Below, piece after piece: positions 57,424 to 64,000 of a stretch of 64,000 nt of DNA. The DNA comes from a virus. The stretch's first letter is position 1. The number at the start of each line of letters is the position of its first letter. Made by a program: the position numbers and the translations under genes. The stretch lies in the IMG/VR virus record IMGVR_UViG_3300023174_007394, positions 1-64,000 of that record; one strand, written 5' to 3'. The notes under the pieces were generated by a model. It was not told the origin of the DNA, ran no database searches, and saw only the letters and a list, made by a program, of their open reading frames with translations.

Positions 57424-58032
57424 TTATTTTTTAGATTTTTTTCTAATTCTTGTCAATGAGGTATTTAATTCTTTGCTAGCTAATCCCATATTAACCAAAT
57501 GTCTTCTTAATTTAATTACTGCTGCTTGGTATGCAGGATGGCAAGTTCCTAGACTGATTTTAATCCTATGGCTTATTTCTTGGAATGGTATTCCCCTCAA
57601 TCTTAGCAATAGAACCTTTACCTGAGTTTCTGTTAATGTATCAAGTCCTTCATATGCCTCGTTAATTAAAATTTCAAAATCGTCGCTATATTCGTCATAC
57701 GATTTTTGAGATCTTTCTAAAATGGAAGGCTCAACATAAAAATTAACTTCCTTTCTTATTTTATTAGCCCTGAATTTATCAATACATACATTTTTGGCAA
57801 CTGTTCTAATCCATAGATTAAAATTTCCATTATCGAAATTTTTTATTTTTCTGATAACATGAATCCATATATCCTGACTATAATCATTTGCTAGCTGCTC
57901 ATCCTCAACGTATTCTCTTATTATAGAATATACGCCTCTGTGATGTTTTTTAAACAGTTCTTCAAAAGCTATACAGTTACCATTCTTATATAGTCGTATC
58001 AGATCACAATCTGTTAATTCAGTATCACTCAT
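57424..58032 (-). CDS. Second ECF-type sigma factor
   Basis: DLIRLYKNGNCIAFEELF, ANDYSQDIW, FNLWIRTVAKNVCIDKFR, PFQEIS. ATG 58032 follows the upstream stop. Confidence 0.85.
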   Translation of the reverse strand: MSDTELTDCDLIRLYKNGNCIAFEELFKKHHRGVYSIIREYVEDEQLANDYSQDIWIHVIRKIKNFDNGNFNLWIRTVAKNVCIDKFRANKIRKEVNFYVEPSILERSQKSYDEYSDDFEILINEAYEGLDTLTETQVKVLLLRLRGIPFQEISHRIKISLGTCHPAYQAAVIKLRRHLVNMGLASKELNTSLTRIRKKSKK

Positions 58033-58033
58033 T

Positions 58034-58801
58034 TTAAAATTTATTTCCGCAACTTGGGCAGAATTTCCAGTTGCTTTTATTTCTAACCCCGCATTCCGAG
58101 CAATAGTTTCTAATCTCTGATATTTCAACAGGCTTCTGACTTACAGGTAAAATTTTATACTCTACAATTTGGGAATGGTAGAAATTAAAATTACCGGCGG
58201 CGTATGTGAATTCCTGATCTGATTTAGATCCACCTTCGATTCTACCTGTTTCTACAGAATTAACAGCAGAATTAAATGTTACCGAACTTAAATCTACAGA
58301 TCCTGCTGTTGAATTCGTAGTGGTGATTGTTCCTGTTAAAGAATTAATTGTGAATGTATTATTTAATGTTGTTCCCCCAAGTGGTGTAAGGTATGAAGGA
58401 TAATTAATAATTCCAGACTGGTAGTATGTATAAGAAGGAACATACTCGTCAAAAAATTCCACTCTAATAATACCATTTTTTTCTATGGCTTTTTTTGCTT
58501 CTTTAAAATTTTCAATTTCATAAGTGGAAAATTTAAATTTCTGATTTGAATCAAGAAATCTCTCCAGATAAACTCTTTGTCCTGGCCTTAAAGCTATCCC
58601 GCTTGAAGAAATTTGAATTCCGTTGATTGAGATCTTTGCTAGAACTGAATTTTGTTTGGGATTAAATAGCTCAATTTCAAATTCTTCATTGTCTTGAAGA
58701 AAAATTTGATCCCTGCTTTCGCTTTTATAGACCTTAAGTCTATTTTTTCTTTTGGTGATATGGGCAACGTAGCTAGAGCCCAATGTGTTGGTTGTGTACA
58801 T
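58034..58801 (-). CDS. Protein with C-terminal zinc ribbon
   Basis: CSECG...FCPSCG. Confidence 0.8.
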   Translation of the reverse strand: MYTTNTLGSSYVAHITKRKNRLKVYKSESRDQIFLQDNEEFEIELFNPKQNSVLAKISINGIQISSSGIALRPGQRVYLERFLDSNQKFKFSTYEIENFKEAKKAIEKNGIIRVEFFDEYVPSYTYYQSGIINYPSYLTPLGGTTLNNTFTINSLTGTITTTNSTAGSVDLSSVTFNSAVNSVETGRIEGGSKSDQEFTYAAGNFNFYHSQIVEYKILPVSQKPVEISEIRNYCSECGVRNKSNWKFCPSCGNKF

Positions 58802-58814
58802 GATTTTACAACTT

Positions 58815-58900
58815 ATATTAGCAACTTCCTTCGATTCTTTTTTATGGAAACTCTAGGGCTGGTTGACCCGGAAGCAACTTAGAGAAAGCCTCTAAATCAT
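58815..58900 (-). ncRNA. Candidate structured 5' leader RNA
   Basis: Locally GC-rich; hairpin UUAGAG/CUCUAA, enclosing stem GCUUCC/GGAAGU, inner hairpin GGGU/GCCC; downstream of the promoter at 58903-58931. Confidence 0.35.
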
Positions 58901-58902
58901 AT

Positions 58903-58931
58903 TATATATGGTAAAAACAGAGTTTTGTTTC
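58903..58931 (-). promoter_or_regulatory. Putative promoter GAAAC-N18-TATATA
   Basis: Bipartite recurring motif. Confidence 0.5.
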
Positions 58932-58937
58932 AAAAAA

Positions 58938-59339
58938 CTATAACAAAACCATTTCTTTATAGACTTTCTCTATAGAAGATGTTAATTTATTATTTATTTT
59001 ACTTTCTAAAATTCTTTTTCTTGACTCTGAATTTTTAACAAATTTCTTTCTTAAATTTGAAATAATAGAATATGGCATTGGTACATCATACCAATATTCC
59101 CCATTAGTTATTATAAGTCTTACGTCATGTATTTTACAAATTATTCCTTTGTATTCTATATAGTAATTATCTGCAACTGATGAATATATTGAATGAGATT
59201 TTTTATTGGAGAGCAGGTAGTTAAATATTTTAAGAGCGCTTCTTTGTCCCTCGCTAAGATGAGATAAAGAATAATCTAAAGATCTATTTCTCCTTCTTGC
59301 TATAATTTTTTTAAATTTAAATAATAAACAAAATCCCAA
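58938..59339 (-). CDS. Hypothetical basic protein
   Basis: ORF filling the gap; start uncertain. Confidence 0.65.
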   Translation of the reverse strand: MGFCLLFKFKKIIARRRNRSLDYSLSHLSEGQRSALKIFNYLLSNKKSHSIYSSVADNYYIEYKGIICKIHDVRLIITNGEYWYDVPMPYSIISNLRKKFVKNSESRKRILESKINNKLTSSIEKVYKEMVLL

Positions 59340-59346
59340 TTTCCAG

Positions 59347-59826
59347 TTATTTTAATAGATAATTTAAAACAGATTCCCATGAAGGAAATTCTTGTGATCC
59401 AAAATGAATATGTTCTCCCTCAAAATCAGCAACGCCATTTGCTATTCTGTCGTCAATTAGATATTCTCCTTTAAGCAAACCCTTATTGTGGCTGAGTATC
59501 AATTTTTTATTTGCACTCTTTCCTAAATATTTTTCAACCCAATGTCTCTTATCTGACCATGCATTTATATTATGCCACATAGCAGTTGACAAAATGTAAG
59601 TATCGTATTTCTCTTGTAATAAATTCCAAGCAGCAATAGCCCCAGGAATAGGCTCAAGATCTTTAAAGGCCAATTCATGATTAAATGCAGCATGCTTACT
59701 CATTCCAGAAGCAATAAGTTCTTCATGTCTTTTATCAAAATCACATAGAACGCCATCAAGATCAAAATAAACAATGGGTTTATCGCTCTTCAACGAAGCT
59801 CTAAGGTAAGCCGGTATTTTACTCAT
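59347..59826 (-). CDS. HAD-family 5'(3')-deoxyribonucleotidase
   Basis: FDLDGVLCDF, PIPGA, ILST, LIDDR. Confidence 0.88.
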   Translation of the reverse strand: MSKIPAYLRASLKSDKPIVYFDLDGVLCDFDKRHEELIASGMSKHAAFNHELAFKDLEPIPGAIAAWNLLQEKYDTYILSTAMWHNINAWSDKRHWVEKYLGKSANKKLILSHNKGLLKGEYLIDDRIANGVADFEGEHIHFGSQEFPSWESVLNYLLK

Positions 59827-60076
59827 TTTCTTCGGTATTTAATCCTTTATAGTCTTTATCATAATCTACAAATTTATACTCACCGTCCTTTTCTTTATCC
59901 TCGAATATAACTAGGGTCTCTTCATTTTCACCCCTTGCTATTCCAAGAAATCCACAACCTTCACAAATACATGAAGTATAAAATCCTTTTTCTAAAGTTT
60001 CCTTGATAGCATATACATCAAGATCAGGTTCAGGAAATCCCATTTCCTCTGCGCATTTGTTGCAAAAATCTGCCAT
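59819..60076 (-). CDS. Small putative Zn-binding protein
   Basis: CNKC and CEGCG. Confidence 0.7.
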   Translation of the reverse strand: MADFCNKCAEEMGFPEPDLDVYAIKETLEKGFYTSCICEGCGFLGIARGENEETLVIFEDKEKDGEYKFVDYDKDYKGLNTEENE

Positions 60077-60124
60077 ATTATTATTTTTTGTAAATATAGT
60101 ATCTCAATCCGGAAATAAAAAATG

Positions 60125-60991
60125 CTAATCTTTTTTTCCTAATAAGAATTTTTCGTGCTTAAATGCATGTAAAGATGTTATATGCATAGTAAACATTCCT
60201 GGTTTTATATCATTCCAGAATTTATCTTTTTTCCTTAATCTCTCCAAAAGCCAAATGACTTTTCTGCAGCAAAGATATATGTCATCTCTAAAATGTCTAA
60301 AGAAATCACAGGATCTAATATAATATACAACATGCATATATCCGTTTCTAACAATAAAATGATATCCTATTGTACATGGTACTCTCTCGCCATTAGCACC
60401 CCCTGTATCTTCAGGAAACCATATAGGTAAAAAAGCTTGTCTCGTAAATGGCTCTTTATGTAAAAGATCAACTACATCATAGAAATCACCATATTTAAAT
60501 CTAACACCACTTAATGGATATTTTGGGATGAATGCTTTGTTATTATCCTTAATAATTTCAATACCCGCACTTAGATCAACATCCTCGATGCTTTTTATTG
60601 AATTGGATCCAGCATATTTTGGCCAAATCCTTTCCGGATAGGTGTGTGAGAATTGGGCATTACCTCCAAATTCTTGATTATTTTTCTGAGCAAATGGCCA
60701 CCACTCGTGAGATGGCGGGGGATTCAATGGTTTTTCACTAACCCTTTCTTTAAAGTGATCATCCGCCCATGGAAGATTTGGATTTATTTGATCAACAAGA
60801 GATTGAATATCCTCCGCCATGGTACATGTAAAAGAATGATTTAGTATTTCAATCATGGCAAATCTATCATCATCTTTAATATCCTTTCCTTGCCATTTTT
60901 CTGTATGAACTTGATAGCAATAATCATTCATCTGTTGCTTTGTCCATTTTATTGCATCATTGAAATTTCCAAAAGATTTCATTTTAAACAT
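60125..60991 (-). CDS. Thymidylate synthase-fold nucleotide-modifying enzyme, probably dCMP-specific
   Basis: TRQA, RVPC, IRSCDFFRHFRDD, SLHAF; Asp at the position of the dUMP-specifying Asn. Confidence 0.8.
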   Translation of the reverse strand: MFKMKSFGNFNDAIKWTKQQMNDYCYQVHTEKWQGKDIKDDDRFAMIEILNHSFTCTMAEDIQSLVDQINPNLPWADDHFKERVSEKPLNPPPSHEWWPFAQKNNQEFGGNAQFSHTYPERIWPKYAGSNSIKSIEDVDLSAGIEIIKDNNKAFIPKYPLSGVRFKYGDFYDVVDLLHKEPFTRQAFLPIWFPEDTGGANGERVPCTIGYHFIVRNGYMHVVYYIRSCDFFRHFRDDIYLCCRKVIWLLERLRKKDKFWNDIKPGMFTMHITSLHAFKHEKFLLGKKD

Positions 60992-61052
60992 TTTATCTCT
61001 CTATTTCTATTATCATTTTCTAAAAATATTTCAGCCCTATCCGATAAATACT

Positions 61053-61060
61053 GATATATA
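61053..61060 (+). promoter_or_regulatory. Putative late promoter GATATATA (GATAAATA also at 61043-61050)
   Basis: Orientation flips with the + strand gene. Confidence 0.65.
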
Positions 61061-61070
61061 GACTAAAAAA

Positions 61071-61712
61071 ATGAAGAAAATATTTTCACTTTCAATATTA
61101 TTAAGCTTTTTCTTAATAAGTAAATCACAAGATACAATAAGATTGAAGCATAAAAGCTACGAAGCGGTTTTTAGCAAATCTCTAAAATATCCAGTTCTTG
61201 TAGAATGGTGGGTAACTAAAGCTAAAGTTACATGCGCAAATCCTGTTCCTAGAAAAGATGCTTTTAAACCCGATCCATTATTAATGAACGAAACTAATTT
61301 ATTGGATGATTATAAAGGATCAGGTCTTGACAGAGGACATAATTCTCCCGCTGCAGATAACCAATGCGAGGGTGAATTGATACAAGCAGAGTGTTTTTAT
61401 TTCTCAAACATGACACCTCAATATCATTCTCTTAACGCAGGAGATTGGAAGGTACTCGAAATGTCTACGAGGGAGTGGGCTCTAACAGATGATTCAATAA
61501 AAGTTTGGTGTGGAAGTATAGGTATAGAAAAAAAGATAGGAGGTGTGTGCGTTCCTAAAGAATGCTGGAAAGTATTATATTTCAAAAAGACAAAAATATG
61601 GATGGCTTTCCTTTTCAAAAATACAAAGGATAAGCCAAGCGGATTAAAATCACACGAGGTAGATCTTAAAACAATAACAGAATTAACTGGATATAAATTT
61701 AGCAGTAATTAG
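61071..61712 (+). CDS. Secreted DNA/RNA non-specific endonuclease (NucA/EndA family)
   Basis: Signal peptide ending SKS|Q, DRGH, SNMTPQ, LNAGDWKVLE, VPKECWKV. Confidence 0.92.
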   Translation: MKKIFSLSILLSFFLISKSQDTIRLKHKSYEAVFSKSLKYPVLVEWWVTKAKVTCANPVPRKDAFKPDPLLMNETNLLDDYKGSGLDRGHNSPAADNQCEGELIQAECFYFSNMTPQYHSLNAGDWKVLEMSTREWALTDDSIKVWCGSIGIEKKIGGVCVPKECWKVLYFKKTKIWMAFLFKNTKDKPSGLKSHEVDLKTITELTGYKFSSN

Positions 61713-61950
61713 AATCGTGATCATGACTATGGCCTGAATGATGCCCATGATGTCCATGATCCTCGTGATAATCAGATAATTCTATCTCTCCAAAAAAGTT
61801 ATAGATTTTAATATATCCCTTAAATTTTTTGGAAGCTATAAATGCTTCAGAAAATGTATCATAAACGTACTCTTCTATAGATAGCTTTCCTCCTTTCCAA
61901 AAAGCAACTTTAAGTATGTACTTTACTACTCTTCTTTTGTTATTTTTCAT
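61699..61950 (-). CDS. Small protein with His-rich C-terminus
   Basis: ATGA overlap with the GT stop; HEDHGHHGHHSGHSHDHD. Confidence 0.7.
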   Translation of the reverse strand: MKNNKRRVVKYILKVAFWKGGKLSIEEYVYDTFSEAFIASKKFKGYIKIYNFFGEIELSDYHEDHGHHGHHSGHSHDHDSNYC

Positions 61951-63020
61951 TTTTTGCATTCTAAGTATGAAATCCATATATTTCTTGTTTTATCTGTGTA
62001 TCTTTTCAGATTACTCTGATTGGTATACATATTTATCCAAGGGAATAGATATGTCAACCAAAGAGCTCTGAATATCGTATTTATGTCTGTAGGCTTTCCA
62101 TTAAATATTGAATTTGCCCAAGGAAGCTCATGCGATGCTACTAGTGGAACACCCTGACTAACCATATCAGCTCCTACTATATTGAATGTTTCAGAAAATG
62201 AAACCTGCATTCCTATATCCATTTTTCTGCATGTTTTTATAAACTCTGGCCTAGGTGCCCATTCATGATTAATCAATACGTGGCCCGCATCGCTTAGTTG
62301 TAAAAACATACCCTCTAAATTGTGTAGTATAGGTCCTCCTTTTTGTTCTACTCTTCCTGCATTAATATGAAATCTTAATTTCTTGCCTATGCTCTCGGCA
62401 AATTTAACTGCAGCCAAAGCTTGTACTACGTGATTTTTTAATGGTCTAATAGCACCAAAGCATGATATATCTATAAAATCTTTATTCTTATCGAATTTCT
62501 TATCCTTGTATTCTTGTGGATAAAAATTAGGAAGATATATTACTTTGTGTGCTATATCTTTCTTACTGCATAAATTTCTTGTTGATATGTATGCCTTAAT
62601 ATCTCTCTCAGCTACTGGTGAATTTGCAGCGATTATTACATTTTTAAATGAAGAATAATCACCGATCCAATCCATTGCCATTCCCTCATTACCTAAAAAT
62701 GGTATTTCACTATGTAATCTAATTATCCATTTAACTTTAGGATGTAAATCTGTAAGGACAGAAAATTTAGATGGAACTACCCAAAGTGCCTCTATTATAA
62801 CATGAGTTGGCTTATGTTTAGTTACCTCCCTATTTATACAATTGTTATCAATAACAACAGAAATGCTGGAACTAATACCTGCATCATTTAGCATGTCATT
62901 CATAAAAGAAGCTGAATTGTATAATCCTGTACTCATTCCCATATTTGAATGATTTTGAGGATTGTAATCCTGTCTTCTTTTAAGTATAAATAAAACTTTG
63001 GGGTTTCTATTGACAGACAT
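61947..63020 (-). CDS. GT-B (GT4-like) glycosyltransferase
   Basis: FGAIRPLKN, VSFSETFNIVGADMVSQGVP. Confidence 0.8.
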   Translation of the reverse strand: MSVNRNPKVLFILKRRQDYNPQNHSNMGMSTGLYNSASFMNDMLNDAGISSSISVVIDNNCINREVTKHKPTHVIIEALWVVPSKFSVLTDLHPKVKWIIRLHSEIPFLGNEGMAMDWIGDYSSFKNVIIAANSPVAERDIKAYISTRNLCSKKDIAHKVIYLPNFYPQEYKDKKFDKNKDFIDISCFGAIRPLKNHVVQALAAVKFAESIGKKLRFHINAGRVEQKGGPILHNLEGMFLQLSDAGHVLINHEWAPRPEFIKTCRKMDIGMQVSFSETFNIVGADMVSQGVPLVASHELPWANSIFNGKPTDINTIFRALWLTYLFPWINMYTNQSNLKRYTDKTRNIWISYLECKK

Positions 63021-63106
63021 TGAAAAATATTTTATTCTGTTCTCTAGTATATATGAGAAAGAATAAAAAAATTCTTCATTTAATCTAATATTTTTAAAAA
63101 ATATTT

Positions 63107-63919
63107 TTATCTTAACTTATCAATGGTATTTTCTACCTCATCCTTTGATTTTTTAGTGCCTGCAGATTGAATACTAGCAACTGCTTGAGCCATCATTTTT
63201 GCGCTTGGATCCTCTTTAGCAGCTACATCGCCAAATCCCTTTCCAACTACATCATCACCAGGTGCTTCTTCTCCACTTCCTAAAGGTGAAAGTGATGCAG
63301 CTTCCCCTGTAATAGCTTTAGATAAAGCAGCTTCAAATTCTGGAGTTCTAGTTCCTTTGAAATAATCTATAAAACCTTTCATTACAGGTGAATCTATTTT
63401 TCTAACATTAGTTCCTACTCTATCCCCTTCACCGGATTGTTGATCGTTAGTATTTCCCTCCATTGTTGTTATTGTTTTTTTGGCAGGATCTACGCTAACA
63501 ACTATACCAGTATGGCCTAGCCCTTTGCCCGGCCTTGACATTATAAAAATTGATCCTGGTCTAACAAGACTAATATCACTTTTTGCCGCGCTAATCTCTA
63601 TTTTATTTTCTGATGGTGCTTTACCCCAATGATCCAATACACCTCCTGTTTTTGGTAATGGATTAGTAACTCCTAAATTTTTACATGTTTGATCAAAAAT
63701 ATAATAAACAAAGGCAGCACACCAAGGTAATCCAGCATATAATCCAACAGATTTAAGATATTGAGTTACCTCTGGTCCTGAGTTACTTGATTTTGGTTGT
63801 TCCTTTGCATTTTTATTTGCCTGTAGAACCCCAGCAAATTTTTCACCAGCATCTGATGGATTGCTTAATGGTATATTTGACTCTTTTATAAAAGATGTAA
63901 AATTTTTAATTCTTTTCAT
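63107..63919 (-). CDS. CHAP-domain peptidoglycan hydrolase
   Basis: PWCAAFV, GHTGIV, TMEGNT catalytic motifs. Confidence 0.88.
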   Translation of the reverse strand: MKRIKNFTSFIKESNIPLSNPSDAGEKFAGVLQANKNAKEQPKSSNSGPEVTQYLKSVGLYAGLPWCAAFVYYIFDQTCKNLGVTNPLPKTGGVLDHWGKAPSENKIEISAAKSDISLVRPGSIFIMSRPGKGLGHTGIVVSVDPAKKTITTMEGNTNDQQSGEGDRVGTNVRKIDSPVMKGFIDYFKGTRTPEFEAALSKAITGEAASLSPLGSGEEAPGDDVVGKGFGDVAAKEDPSAKMMAQAVASIQSAGTKKSKDEVENTIDKLR

Positions 63920-64000
63920 TATTTTTTTGTTACTAATATTAATGGTGCTATATTTTTTTTCATTCCTATATATGCGCTAGATCCATCTCCTAAATTTCTC

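Noticed and set aside
57424-58128. Track start of the ECF sigma at 58128 (likewise 28805, 55893, 56665, 61977)
   Set aside because: The extensions overlap neighbouring genes or promoter motifs; downstream ATGs fit better.
58815-58900. Assignment as twister or hammerhead ribozyme
   Set aside because: Only partial resemblance (GGGUC..AGCCC; GAG..CGAA). The CUGAUGA core and twister pseudoknot pairings are not satisfied, so it is kept only as an unclassified candidate.
6149-63919. Stop-codon reassignment as in Lak or some crAss-like phages
   Set aside because: Code 11 gives full-length, densely packed genes, and TAG (terminase) and TGA (gp26-like, GT) end genes at expected positions.
1-64000. 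tRNA, rRNA, IS elements
   Set aside because: Intergenic gaps are short and AT-rich; I saw no cloverleaf/T-loop motif, transposase or terminal inverted repeats. A tRNAscan run would confirm.

Overview
AT-rich 64 kb segment of a T4-superfamily (contractile-tailed) jumbo/huge bacteriophage, coded almost entirely on the minus strand in the standard genetic code. It holds a T4-like replication/recombination core (clamp loader gp44/gp62, RNase H-type 5' nuclease, ATP-dependent ligase, gp41 helicase, UvsX, gp46/gp47) mixed with virion genes (terminase, TWO tandem portals, gp2, gp4, gp14/gp15-like, oversized sheath, TWO tandem tail tubes, gp26/gp51-like chaperones, a putative tape-measure-position protein) and several giant fibre/adhesin genes. 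One of these, a >2000 aa Gly-Ser/Thr collagen-like gene at 1-6103, is absent from the ORF track because it runs off the window. There are three sigma factors (gp55-like and two ECF-like), and two promoter classes can be read from the DNA (GATAWATA, and GAAAY-N17/18-TAnnnT). Lipoboxes, a Gln-rule signal peptide, an OmpA/MotB-like lipoprotein and SD-less A-rich initiation regions suggest a Bacteroidota host (inference). Most interesting items: a duplicated full-length portal, a prfB-like CTT-TGA +1 shifty stop joining the tail chaperone genes, a Hedgehog-like Hint domain capping a fibre, a cytosine-type thymidylate synthase homolog clustered with a nucleotidase, a secreted nuclease and a glycosyltransferase, a dual-frame 237 nt locus, and a candidate structured leader RNA. 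All family assignments come from motif recognition by eye; no database searches were run.
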